The notes under the pieces: generated by a model
Told to the model about the DNA's origin: nothing
The model's database searches: none
The model's input: the letters and a program-made list of their open reading frames with translations, nothing else
Translations under genes and position numbers: made by a program
Shown: positions 51,668 through 61,819 of the stretch, in pieces
Numbering within the stretch: position 1 is the first letter of the stretch
Layout of the letters: each line of letters starts with the position of its first letter
From: an uncultured candidate division Zixibacteria bacterium
GTDB lineage: Bacteria; Zixibacteria; MSB-5A5; GN15; PGXB01
DNA: 64,000 nt
Reading direction: 5' to 3'
NCBI GenBank assembly: GCA_963702205.1
Contig: OY969724.1
Location: 960,001-1,024,000 of the forward strand

Positions 51668-52157
51668 ATTCGGCTCTTTTGACCCAGCGTGGAGCCGAGT
51701 CTATGTTCAATCTGAGCAGTAGATTGAGTTGTGCGGCATGGTGCTGCACGTGTCTTAAGTTATATAAATGAAGTTCCCCGCAAGCCAGATCGAGCGACCC
51801 GAATTTGCTCATCCGGACCGCTTTTTCATCGGACATGCCTGACATAATTGACCGGCATTTTTCACGACAGTACTCCAGGTAAGCGAGCATTTCATCTTTT
51901 GTATAGACTCGGTCGGGCAGGACCCCTGCCGGGTCCATCTCGCTCATAGTATACGGCTTGGGCGGTGTGAAATCTTCGGCCGAATCAGCCAGATAATAAT
52001 CGAGCCAGAAAAGCGTATGATACACTATATACCAGAATTCGTGTTTCCTGGAACGGTCGCTCCATAAATCCTCGGGACAGGCATTGATGGCATTTTCGAG
52101 CGTCTTTATAGCCGCCCCGAACTGCGGCCAAACGACGGATGCCCAGGTATTTTTCAT
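51666..52157 (-). CDS. DinB family protein
   Basis: W..YH.LF..D.Y and RHVQHH.AQL motifs. Confidence 0.9.
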   Translation of the reverse strand: MKNTWASVVWPQFGAAIKTLENAINACPEDLWSDRSRKHEFWYIVYHTLFWLDYYLADSAEDFTPPKPYTMSEMDPAGVLPDRVYTKDEMLAYLEYCREKCRSIMSGMSDEKAVRMSKFGSLDLACGELHLYNLRHVQHHAAQLNLLLRLNIDSAPRWVKRAE

Positions 52158-52281
52158 TTTGTATTCCTTTCGTGATTCGAGCCGTATGTATCATTCCACG
52201 GTAATGCATTATTAACGTTTGACATCTTCAAAGTAAATCACATTATTATATTTATCAGTTGAAAATGGGAGGTCTTAGTCG

Positions 52282-53496
52282 ATGCAATTTCGTTTATCAC
52301 ACGCCGCCATCATTTTATTTGCTTCATTCACTTTATTTTCTTGTGCTCAAGTATCGAAACGAATGCCTGATGAACTTGAAAAGATGCACGCATTCCTGAC
52401 TCAGGATGACCCCAGTGCCTGCCGCCAATATCATTATAATTTCGAGCGACAGGTGCCCCGGCTGTACCGGGAAGATAAACTGGATTCGATCCTTGATGTC
52501 ATCGATTATATCAAGACGGAATGCGGACCGGCCGCGAATCTGGAAGTCGTTCAGGACCTGGTCATGGCCGACCGGGGAGAAATGAACGACTCGCTGATCG
52601 GTCCCGCGACTTTTTCCCAGATGTTATGGTATCGCAGCGAACAGGAAGACCTTATTAGCTGGCGAAAATTCACCTATCTCCATAGTGCCTTACAACCAAT
52701 CGATAACACCCACGACAATTTCCTGAAGTTTGAAAATGACCTCGCCTGCGGTGTCTATTCAAATTCTGACGCGTCGCGCGCTGGTAAACTGCTCGGACAG
52801 TTTTATTGCGGTGAGTACGATACAGTATTTGCACGAATACAATCGGACGAGTTCAAAGGCACTAATATTCAAAACAGCTATAACAGATTCGTGCAAAAAA
52901 CTAAAATGTTATTTCCTGCGCGCGGAAATATCTCGCTTCTTATTGGCGGCTGGGTGCCACAGGGGAATAATGATGTCCTCGGCAATCACCCATACTTCGG
53001 CGTACAATTGGGAGGTGAAACCCATCGCTGGAGAACGGATTTCGTCTTCAATTATCGTTTCGGTTCGTCCAAAAAAGATTATGAAGTGGACAGCCTTGGA
53101 CAAATTATCAGTACGGACGAATATTCAAGTATGCTGTTGGGTGTCGATGGAGGATTGAAATTGTGGGACAACATGGCTTTTAGTACGGATATATTTATAG
53201 GTTTAGGTTACGATGTCATATACAGCGTTAAGAAGACCCATGACCCCGATAAGTATATAACATTTGGCTCATTGGCGGCAAGCTGCGGCCTGCGTCACAG
53301 ATTCTTTATCGATCGGACTTCAGGTATGTACTTCGGTGGGATTCTGCGATACAGTGTGGTCGACTATGACAATTTTCGCGGTACGGACCTATCTGGTAAT
53401 ACCCTGTCTGTTTCTTTTATTATCGGATGGAGCTATCATGCAACTCTGGGGCAGTTCTTTAAGAAACTAAATTATAAGGGCAACCAGAGACCGTAA
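52282..53496 (+). CDS. Hypothetical lipoprotein with C-terminal outer-membrane beta-barrel-like domain
   Basis: LFSC lipobox; about eight alternating amphipathic strands after aa ~215. Confidence 0.6.
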   Translation: MQFRLSHAAIILFASFTLFSCAQVSKRMPDELEKMHAFLTQDDPSACRQYHYNFERQVPRLYREDKLDSILDVIDYIKTECGPAANLEVVQDLVMADRGEMNDSLIGPATFSQMLWYRSEQEDLISWRKFTYLHSALQPIDNTHDNFLKFENDLACGVYSNSDASRAGKLLGQFYCGEYDTVFARIQSDEFKGTNIQNSYNRFVQKTKMLFPARGNISLLIGGWVPQGNNDVLGNHPYFGVQLGGETHRWRTDFVFNYRFGSSKKDYEVDSLGQIISTDEYSSMLLGVDGGLKLWDNMAFSTDIFIGLGYDVIYSVKKTHDPDKYITFGSLAASCGLRHRFFIDRTSGMYFGGILRYSVVDYDNFRGTDLSGNTLSVSFIIGWSYHATLGQFFKKLNYKGNQRP

Positions 53497-53537
53497 CCGA
53501 TCAGGACGGCCGGAATATTGCGGTAACATATAAAATT

Positions 53538-53566
53538 AAAGGGCGGTGAGTTTTCCACCGCCCTTT
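53538..53566. terminator. Bidirectional intrinsic terminator
   Basis: AAAGGGCGGTG / CACCGCCCTTT stem. Confidence 0.85.
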
Positions 53567-53610
53567 GATTTATTTCCTTTGAATTGAATATATGCTGAAT
53601 AAGAGCCGTT

Positions 53611-54177
53611 CTATTTGGCGATGCCGATCACGCCGCACGCGGCCCGTCCACCGGCGTTGCCGGTTGGCTGCGTCTTAAGGTCATCGGCGCCTTCGTGGAT
53701 TATGACCGCCCGGCCGATAATAGAATATGGGCCCCTGAAGCTCAGTTTATTGTCCATCAACGTCAGATGCGCATTGCCTTGGGCGTCGGCCTCAAGATTG
53801 CCCATATCGCCGATATGACGGTTGGGATCATCCGGTCCGGCGTGCACTTCGCCCGGAGCCATCAGATGCGAACCGGCCGATGTGAAATCGGGAGCGCTGC
53901 AATCACCATACTCGTGAATATGGAAGCCGTGTTTGCCCGGGGTCAGACCACTGACATCGGCGGTAACTTTAATTCCGCCTTCGACCGCTTCGAACGTAAT
54001 TGTCCCGTGGACTTTGTCGTTTCCTTTTGGCATCAGGACGCATACGGCTTTCGTGATATTGGGCTGCGTCTGTCCCATCATGCCGTGCTGCTGGCCTTGC
54101 ATTCCCTTGGGCTGCTGCGACCACGCCGCAGTAGTCATTAGCAAAACTGCCGCACCGATTGTCATCAGAGTTTTCAT
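53611..54177 (-). CDS. sodC: Periplasmic Cu/Zn superoxide dismutase
   Basis: HGFHIHE.G.C, H.GD.GN, IH..DD and GGRAACGVI motifs; signal peptide. Confidence 0.97.
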   Translation of the reverse strand: MKTLMTIGAAVLLMTTAAWSQQPKGMQGQQHGMMGQTQPNITKAVCVLMPKGNDKVHGTITFEAVEGGIKVTADVSGLTPGKHGFHIHEYGDCSAPDFTSAGSHLMAPGEVHAGPDDPNRHIGDMGNLEADAQGNAHLTLMDNKLSFRGPYSIIGRAVIIHEGADDLKTQPTGNAGGRAACGVIGIAK

Positions 54178-54400
54178 TACATCACCTCCATTGGTTTACT
54201 TTCTTCCATGCGGACTATAACGCTTTTAACAAAAATGGATCGGTCAGGTTCATAATTGTTTTAAAAGAGGTTCCGGTCATGGAAAATTTGATTATTTGTG
54301 TAAGATTAAGTAATAATGTGACTTACAAGAATCGGACCGGTGTTTTGGGCGACACCATTGCCAAATCGCGCATTTAGATCGGCAAAGCGAGAAATATATA

Positions 54401-56957
54401 TTAGTCTTCAGACTGCGTGCGATTGAAAAAAGCCTCGAAACCTTCTGCCACCGACTGCTCGCTTCTCATCTGCGTATCAAGTTGACGGGTGAACCCGATC
54501 AGACGGCCGATTTCCTTTAAAACGACCATCGCCTCTTCCTCGGCCAACTTTTTCAATCGCGCCACTACCAGATCGCCGCGAAGGGTCACCCTGAAATTCA
54601 GCTTTTCGAGAATTTCCTTGATTAAAAGCGCCCGGAGATGCCGGCGCTCGGTCTCGGTGACGCCGCCCACGAAACGGAAATAGATGTAATTGTCGTCGAC
54701 GTTTCCGGAGATATAGGTGTCGATGACGTTGAAATGATAACCCAGCCGCAGGCTGATATTGGCATAATGGTCCGAAACCACCGCCAGATTTTGTCCCTTA
54801 TATTGCCCGCCGCGGTCGGTCATCGAGTACCGCGTCAGGCTCGACACCAGGTCACCGAAGCCAAGTTGAAGCGGCCGTGTGCTCCAGACGCCGGGAGCCG
54901 TCAAGCCGGTTATAATCGCGTGCATGGGACGCGAGAGGATGTCATCTATTGACGAAATAGCCCCACTGCCTTTGGGAACCAGCCCGCCACCGAGGTCTAT
55001 CATGTGAAGACCGAGAGGGATCGGGAGCTTGAGTTGACGGGCTTCGACCCCCCGGAAACGCCGGGAAGAAATGTTCAGATTTATCAGGAGTCTGACCGCC
55101 ATTTCGTGACTGAAGCGGACTATATCGTGATAGGTTCGACAGTTTCTGGCGGTAAAGCCCGAGCCGGTCGGATCAATCATGTACAGGGGGGAAATACGCC
55201 GGAGTAACTGGCGCAGCATGTGATATTCTTTCAGGTCCCGATAAACGTCTTCAGCCCCCAGCTTGTATACCAGGAGCTCTTTTACAATTCCGCGGTAAAT
55301 GACGTTCTCTTCGGCGTCGACCGTCACTTCGGTTCCGTCGGACATGACCCCGGTGCCGTTGCCGGTATTAACAATCATGGGCACACCGAACTCACGCGCC
55401 ACGGTGGCCATGTGGCCGGTTGGGCTGCCGATGTCGGTTATAATGGCCGAGGCGCGGCGGATTATTGCCGTCAGGCGGGGCGTTGTATACTTCGTTACCG
55501 CTATCGCTCCGACCGGGAAATCGTCGGCAATATCATCCTCTTTGACCTGATGCACTTTCCCGGCCGCGATACCACGCTGGGCCACCTGCCCTTGTCTTTT
55601 CATAATAACCGGCAGGTCGGCCGCATAGGCGGCACGATCGAACGGCCGCTTGGGCGGTTTTTCTGTCAGCTTCAGCGGTCGGCACTGCAAAATATACAGT
55701 TTGCCATCGGTTCCGATACACCATTCCACGTCGACCGGGCGTTTGAAATACCGTTCCAGTATCAAGACGCGCCCGGCGAGGTCTATGGCCTGCTCGTCCG
55801 TGAGGCTGGCTGAATTCTGACGGTTATCCGCGACCGGCTGACTGGTCACGCCCGATGTTTCCGAAGCCGTCACCTGGTTTATCTTCCGACCGATTTTAGT
55901 TGAAACGATTTTTGTGGGATCGAGCCGGGATATTTTCAGCAGATCGGCGTCGGTCGTGCCTCCCACGATTTCGGTTCCGAGCCCGTACGTCGCCGAAATA
56001 GCCATACAGTCGGGCGTTTCGCCGGTCGTATCGACCGAATAGGCCACTCCGGCCGTGGCGGCGTCGACCATGGCCTGAACGCCGACCGCGAATGGAAGCT
56101 GGTTTTCCTCGAAAACCGATTCACCGGCATATTCGAACACCCTCCTTTTAAACCGGCTGGACAGGTACTTTTACATAGGTTGAAAATACATCATCGGGCC
56201 GGACGTTAAGAGCGGATTCGAACTGCCCGGCAAAACTACGCCCCGAGGCGTCCTCACCCAGGGCACTGGAACGTATCGCCAGCCGCAGATTTTTCGGACC
56301 GCGTTTTCGCAGACTTTCCAGATGTTCGCTGATGGCATCGCCAATATCCAGGGGAACGCGTGAATCGGCAAAAAGCCGGTCGACAGCCTGATCGTACTTC
56401 GCGACATCCCTGTCACTGCCGAGATGTTTTTTTCTCAAATCCCGTATTTCCGGCCAGAGCCCATTGCCGGTCATGAAGCGATGGTACGCCGTCGTAGAAA
56501 TTATAAAACCGTCCGGCGTGAACATCTTCAGGTGGTTCTTTATTTCGCCGAGGTTGGCGTTTTTCCCCCCGGCCAGTTCTACCATGTCGGAATCTATGTC
56601 ACTATAATCTATGACAAACCCTCCGCCCGGCAGCACCGGCTGGCCCAACAAAATATTGTTTAACTGCTCTCTGATGACGGCCTGGCGGGAAAACAGTTCG
56701 TGATATTTATTGTCGGCGATAACGTTAAGGCTGGAACAGACGATATAAACTTCCTGCGAAAGTTCGTCAGCGGTGTCTTTGAGAAAATTGATATCGAAAA
56801 TATACTCACCGCCGAGTTTGTCTTCGAGGTCGGAAATCAGTTCCAGAACGCGGTTGTTGCTTTTAAGAATCTGCTGAAACCGTCCGAACAGCTCTCTGAA
56901 TTCGCCCAGATCGGCCGCCCGGGGCCGACCGAAAAATCTGCCAAGTTTGCGAAACAC
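54401..56957 (-). CDS. PEP-synthase-like phosphotransferase (ATP-grasp + phospho-His swivel + atypical C-domain), split by an apparent +1 frameshift near 56164
   Basis: GGK.ANL, RSSA.GED..SFAG, DVEW, LQCRP and TGHMATVARE motifs; removing one base gives YVKVLSSRFKRRVFEY. Confidence 0.88.
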
Positions 56958-56981
56958 CGGGAGGTACACCTCCTGAATGGT

Positions 56982-57800
56982 TTATTCAACTCCGTGACTG
57001 CGATAATCGATTTCAATCCTGCTCTCGATTTTTTCCGCCTCAGGAGTTTTTTCGGCAGTTTCCACGACGGCATCAAGCAGCTTTTGGGTATTGACCCGGC
57101 CTTGCAGAATTACAACACCGCCTTCGGCCTTAATCGTGAGGCGGTCGAGACGAAGATTCGGGATAGCTGCCAGGGCGGCGCGGACCTTGCTCTCGACAAG
57201 AAGATTTTTCATCGCCCGTTCCGATTCCGGGGTGATTTTGAACTGCGGCTGCTGAACCGCGTGCGCCGCCATTTCACAGACAAAATCGAGATCGGCGTTA
57301 CCGAGATTGAAGACGACGTCATAAAGCTCCGGAGACCGCCAGTCCTGACCGTAAAGGAAGTTGGTCCATTTTACCCGTTCTTTGTCGACTTTCTCGATAT
57401 ACTTGAGAGCGTCCTTGTCGGATAGTCTCAACTGCTCAGATGCGGCTTTTATGCGGTAGGGCATTTCGGCGACAAGGCGAAGGCGAAAAACGTGCGATAT
57501 TCCCTTTAGCAGAAAATGTCCGGCGGTGCCGTGATAGATCAAATTATTGTCTTTGGCATATTCGCACAGGCTGGCCTGGATATAAGCCAGATACCGCTCT
57601 CGTTCGAAACTCAGCTTTTGAAAGATCGAAGGTGACTTCTGGACGGCATCGAACAGCTTGCTTTCCGGCGCTCCGTAGTCGTCGGCGGCTTTGATGATGA
57701 TCTCGCGACTGATGCATTTATAGCCCAGTCTCTCGGCCAACATTTCAGCCAGCTTCTTGCCCCCGCTCATAGTGCCTCTGGAAATGGTTATAATGGCCAT
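56982..57800 (-). CDS. Cytidylate-kinase-like protein with C-terminal BON domain
   Basis: ITISRG..SGG...A..LA..LG, D.ER and YD motifs; BON-like V.L.G.V tail. Confidence 0.85.
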   Translation of the reverse strand: MAIITISRGTMSGGKKLAEMLAERLGYKCISREIIIKAADDYGAPESKLFDAVQKSPSIFQKLSFERERYLAYIQASLCEYAKDNNLIYHGTAGHFLLKGISHVFRLRLVAEMPYRIKAASEQLRLSDKDALKYIEKVDKERVKWTNFLYGQDWRSPELYDVVFNLGNADLDFVCEMAAHAVQQPQFKITPESERAMKNLLVESKVRAALAAIPNLRLDRLTIKAEGGVVILQGRVNTQKLLDAVVETAEKTPEAEKIESRIEIDYRSHGVE

Positions 57801-57830
57801 ATCATCACCTCTTTTCCATACGATTTTTTA

Positions 57831-58217
57831 CTACCCCTCGGTGCCCTGTATATCGGCCGACACACGGTCGATCAGTTCCTTGAGCTGCCGGATTTTGAAC
57901 GGTTTCGAAAGGACGTCGACCACGCCCGCCTGAAACGCGGCCCGCGTCACGTCCACCGTCGCGAACCCCGATATAATTATCACGCGGGTTTTGGACCATT
58001 TTTGACGGATGAACCCGAGCAGCTCGATGCCGTCGATTTCCGCCATTTTTATGTCCGTCACGACGATATCGAACCCGTATCTTTCCAGCCGTTTTTTGGC
58101 GATGGTACTATCCGTGTACGTCTCGACATAAAAACCGTCCTTTTCGAGGGCCGGTTTCAATCTTGTGCACACGACCGCTTCGTCGTCCACAATGAGTATT
58201 TTCAATTGCTTGTCCAT
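57831..58217 (-). CDS. Stand-alone response regulator receiver
   Basis: VDDE, VTD.KM, SG and KPF motifs. Confidence 0.95.
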   Translation of the reverse strand: MDKQLKILIVDDEAVVCTRLKPALEKDGFYVETYTDSTIAKKRLERYGFDIVVTDIKMAEIDGIELLGFIRQKWSKTRVIIISGFATVDVTRAAFQAGVVDVLSKPFKIRQLKELIDRVSADIQGTEG

Positions 58218-58245
58218 TTGCGTCTCCGTGGCTTATCGCGTCCGA

Positions 58246-59025
58246 TCAATGCCCCGAGCCCGGCAGCGAATCGAAGATGACACCCATAACGATACCGACC
58301 GCCATTGCGACCACGATCGCTATAATGCCGTACTCGGCCGCGTGGCTTTTGGCCAGGTTGGCCATCAGACGGGCCAGACCGACTCTTTCTATGGTCAGTT
58401 GCGCCTCTCCCTTGCAGACGGGATAGCCATCAGTGAAACCATACATCAGGAGTTTGTACGTGCCCGGAGGTATGCTCGGTGCAATCGGGAGCATTGCCGT
58501 CAATTTTTTTCCCGATCCGTTCGGAACCAGGTCCATGCCGACGTCCATTTTGTAGGCACCGTTGGTTTTCTTGAGTTTTACGAATTCATCCAATTCGGAG
58601 CCGGTCAGAGTCTTATCCGATTCGAATTTCATTTGATTGCGGAGGTAGTGCATTCCCAGATGAAGCTCGTGGCGCACTTCCGGGACACAGATGCTGTCCA
58701 GATGGTCCGAGGTCGCCATTATATATACTTTCGGGGCGTTGTGAACCGACACTTTGGCCACGTTCAACCAGATTCCGGCCACGCGGCCTTTTTCATTGAG
58801 ATCTATTTCTTCGTTTTCGGTTTCAAGCACGATCACCGCGCCGTCACATTCGGGGAGGTCGGCGGTAACCTGCACTTCGGTTCCGTCGTAGAACATCCCG
58901 GCTTCGACTCGATCGGGCGTAAACACCGGGGTGACGATTTTATCGATCGGCGGCGCACCCTGACCGAAGGCAATAGAGAAAAAAAGCAGACAAACAAACG
59001 GAACATATCGCAATATTCTGAACAT
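58246..59025 (-). CDS. TIGR02186-like exported/TM protein (TauE partner)
   Basis: FY.G..V, KGRVAGIWLN, P..Y motifs; C-terminal YG..A TM. Confidence 0.85.
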   Translation of the reverse strand: MFRILRYVPFVCLLFFSIAFGQGAPPIDKIVTPVFTPDRVEAGMFYDGTEVQVTADLPECDGAVIVLETENEEIDLNEKGRVAGIWLNVAKVSVHNAPKVYIMATSDHLDSICVPEVRHELHLGMHYLRNQMKFESDKTLTGSELDEFVKLKKTNGAYKMDVGMDLVPNGSGKKLTAMLPIAPSIPPGTYKLLMYGFTDGYPVCKGEAQLTIERVGLARLMANLAKSHAAEYGIIAIVVAMAVGIVMGVIFDSLPGSGH

Positions 59026-59957
59026 CAGGCACCTCCTGAAAATGACAGCAGCATGTTGGGATGCACCAACAGATCAAAAACTATTTTAGCCATGACCGCC
59101 AAAACTATCGACGCCAGCACTATTTTAAGCTGGTCGGCCTTCATGCGGTTGCTGACTCTGGCGCCGATCTGGGCGCCGGTGGCGGAACCAAGCAGAAGAA
59201 ATACCGCCAGCAGCATGTCGACGTTGTGATTATAGTACGACTGCATGAAAGTGACGTTGATACAGGTAAAAACCTCCTGAAATAAATTCGTGCCCACCAC
59301 GACGTGCATCGGCATGCGCAGCAGGTAAATCATCACCGGCACCATAATGAATCCCCCGCCGACGCCCAGCAGCGCCGAGAGCATTCCGACCATCGAACCG
59401 AGAATGACCGGTATAAAAATGGAGACGGTAATCTGCGATTTTTCGAACCGGGTCGAAAACGGCAGAGCATCGCTTACGGTGGCGAACCACGGCTTTTTGG
59501 ACGGAGCGGGTCCGGTCCCGGGCAGCGGCCGATGTCTGAGGCTCCGCAGACTTTCCTGAAACATATAGACGCCGATTACTCCCAGCAGTACCACATAGGT
59601 TATTTTTATGACGGCCCCGGCCTCTCCGGCCGCGCGAAGCACTTTGACGAGTTGAACGCCGAGGGTGCCGCCGATTATTCCCCCGACAATTAATATTAGC
59701 CCCATTTTAAAATCGACGTTTCCCAGTCGCCAGTGGGCGAATGTGCCGGACGTCGTCGCCGCCACGATCTGGTTGGCATCGGACGCCGCGGCCACGGTGG
59801 GAGCGATACCGATCATCATCAGGAGCGGTGTCATCAGAAATCCGCCGCCCACACCGAACAGGCCGGATAGAAACCCGACCCCCAATCCCAGTCCTAACAG
59901 CAGCAGTATGTTCACGCTGTAGTTCGCGATAGGCAGATGTATCGAAAGATGCGGCAT
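59025..59957 (-). CDS. TauE/SafE (TSUP) family transporter, copy 2
   Basis: GLFGVGGGFL.TP and GVGGGFI.VP motifs. Confidence 0.95.
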   Translation of the reverse strand: MPHLSIHLPIANYSVNILLLLGLGLGVGFLSGLFGVGGGFLMTPLLMMIGIAPTVAAASDANQIVAATTSGTFAHWRLGNVDFKMGLILIVGGIIGGTLGVQLVKVLRAAGEAGAVIKITYVVLLGVIGVYMFQESLRSLRHRPLPGTGPAPSKKPWFATVSDALPFSTRFEKSQITVSIFIPVILGSMVGMLSALLGVGGGFIMVPVMIYLLRMPMHVVVGTNLFQEVFTCINVTFMQSYYNHNVDMLLAVFLLLGSATGAQIGARVSNRMKADQLKIVLASIVLAVMAKIVFDLLVHPNMLLSFSGGA

Positions 59958-59990
59958 AGTATTATTTTAGTTTCCTCAATTGCTGCACGA

Positions 59991-60923
59991 TCAATGGCCT
60001 CCCTGAAATGATAGCATGACGCCCGGATGGATCAGCAGGTCGGTGGCCATTTTCACCATAACGATCAGTACGATCGACGCCAGGACGATCTTCAACTGGT
60101 CGGCTTTCATGCGGCTGCTGACTCGCGCGCCGATCTGTGCGCCGGTAGTCGAGCCGACCAAAAGAAATACGGCCAGCAGCAGGTCGACGGTATGATTGTA
60201 ATAAGCCTGCATGAAGGTGACGTCGACGCAGGTAAACAGCACCTGGAACAGGCTGGTCCCGACCACGACGTGCATCGGCATACGAAGCATATAAACCATA
60301 ACCGGTACCATAATAAACCCGCCGCCGACACCCATCAGGGCCGACAAAATACCGACCAGCGTGCCCAGTATCAGCGGCATGAATATCGAAAGGGTGATGC
60401 CGGATTTCTCGAACTGCATCGGGAACGGAAGCGCTTCGCAGCAGGTGGCGAACATGGATTTTTTTTGAGGCCTTTGTTTCGTGCTTTGAAGCGGACGAGG
60501 CCTCAGGTTTTTGAGGCTTTCCTGGAACATGTACGAGCCGATTATGCCGAGCATGATAACGTACGTTATCTTGATAACAAAGTCGGCGTTGCCCGCCGCT
60601 CTCAAGACCTTGATGAACTGCACTCCGACCGTCCCGCCGATAACGCCGCCGATTATCAACAGCAGCCCCATTTTAAAATCGACGTTGCCGAGCCGCCAGT
60701 GCGCGAACGTCCCGGACGTGGACGCCGCCACGATTTGATTGGCGTCCGATGCCGCCGCCACCGTGGGCGGGATACCGATCATCATTAACAGAGGCGTCAG
60801 AAGAAAACCGCCGCCGACACCGAACAGACCCGACAGGAACCCGACGGTCAAACCGAGGCCGAGCAGTACCAGCACGTTGACACTTACGTTGGCTACCGGA
60901 AGATAAATGTACAGACTTGGCAT
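59991..60923 (-). CDS. TauE/SafE (TSUP) family transporter, copy 1
   Basis: Same motifs; tandem paralogue of identical length (310 aa). Confidence 0.95.
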   Translation of the reverse strand: MPSLYIYLPVANVSVNVLVLLGLGLTVGFLSGLFGVGGGFLLTPLLMMIGIPPTVAAASDANQIVAASTSGTFAHWRLGNVDFKMGLLLIIGGVIGGTVGVQFIKVLRAAGNADFVIKITYVIMLGIIGSYMFQESLKNLRPRPLQSTKQRPQKKSMFATCCEALPFPMQFEKSGITLSIFMPLILGTLVGILSALMGVGGGFIMVPVMVYMLRMPMHVVVGTSLFQVLFTCVDVTFMQAYYNHTVDLLLAVFLLVGSTTGAQIGARVSSRMKADQLKIVLASIVLIVMVKMATDLLIHPGVMLSFQGGH

Positions 60924-60995
60924 AATAATCTCACTTATTCCTGGCTGTTGACAATCTTACCGTTAAAATCTTCGGACGATCCCGGCCTTGTTGCA

Positions 60996-61382
60996 TTAAT
61001 CATCTGAAATCGTCCCTTTCCCGGATAATTCCAAAAGCAATTCTTTGAGCTGACTCAGCTTGAACGGCTTGGCGACAAACCTGACCGCCCCGCTTTTCAG
61101 CGCTTCTTCGGCCGTTTCGGTCGTGGCGAATCCCGTGATGACGACCGACTTTATGCCGGGGCAAAATTTCTCGGCTTCTTTCAGCACTTCCATTCCGTCG
61201 GGTCCGCTCATTTTGAGATCGGTCACGAGAATGTCGTATTTTTCCGTTTGTAATTTGTCCAGGGCGAGACGACTCGATGAAAAGGCATCGACGGCAAACC
61301 CCGCCAACTCCAGCGACGCTTTCAGCCGTTCGCCGACAATCAGTTCATCATCGAGCACGAGAATTTTGGTCTTTTCACCCAT
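60996..61382 (-). CDS. Stand-alone response regulator receiver
   Basis: LDDE, VTD.KM, TG and KPF motifs. Confidence 0.95.
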   Translation of the reverse strand: MGEKTKILVLDDELIVGERLKASLELAGFAVDAFSSSRLALDKLQTEKYDILVTDLKMSGPDGMEVLKEAEKFCPGIKSVVITGFATTETAEEALKSGAVRFVAKPFKLSQLKELLLELSGKGTISDD

Positions 61383-61383
61383 T

Positions 61384-61770
61384 TCAGTCGGAATGCTTTC
61401 TGGCTTTCGCCGCGGCCTTTTCTATTTTCTTATAGACTTCTTCCACCTTGAACGGCTTGTTGACGTAATCGTACGCACCGACCGTTTTGGCCGCACGCAG
61501 CGTCTCGAAAGAACCGTAACCGGTAATTAAAATGACCTCGGACGTCGGAGAATGTTCCTTTACTTCGACCAGTATATCGATACCGGTCGGCCCCTCCATC
61601 TTGATATCGGTGACGATAACATCAAAGCGCTTTTCTTTCATCCGGTCAATGGCTTCGCGCGAGACAGTAAACGCCTCGACCGACATCCCTTTTTTATCCA
61701 GAAAATCCTTAAGCCTTTCACCGACGATCGCTTCGTCATCGACAATCATAATTTCAGTTTTTCTGCTCAT
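61384..61770 (-). CDS. Stand-alone response regulator receiver
   Basis: VDDE, VTD.KM, TG and KPF motifs. Confidence 0.95.
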   Translation of the reverse strand: MSRKTEIMIVDDEAIVGERLKDFLDKKGMSVEAFTVSREAIDRMKEKRFDVIVTDIKMEGPTGIDILVEVKEHSPTSEVILITGYGSFETLRAAKTVGAYDYVNKPFKVEEVYKKIEKAAAKARKHSD

Positions 61771-61819
61771 CGGCTGTTTCCTTTTATATAACCGGTCCTG
61801 TTTTTGCCTTAGTAGTCCG

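Noticed and set aside
56140..56148. AAGGAGG next to GTG 56140, suggesting a genuinely split two-gene PEP-synthase-like enzyme
   Set aside because: There is no spacer between the SD-like sequence and the GTG, the break falls inside the ATP-grasp domain, and a single-base deletion restores a continuous sequence
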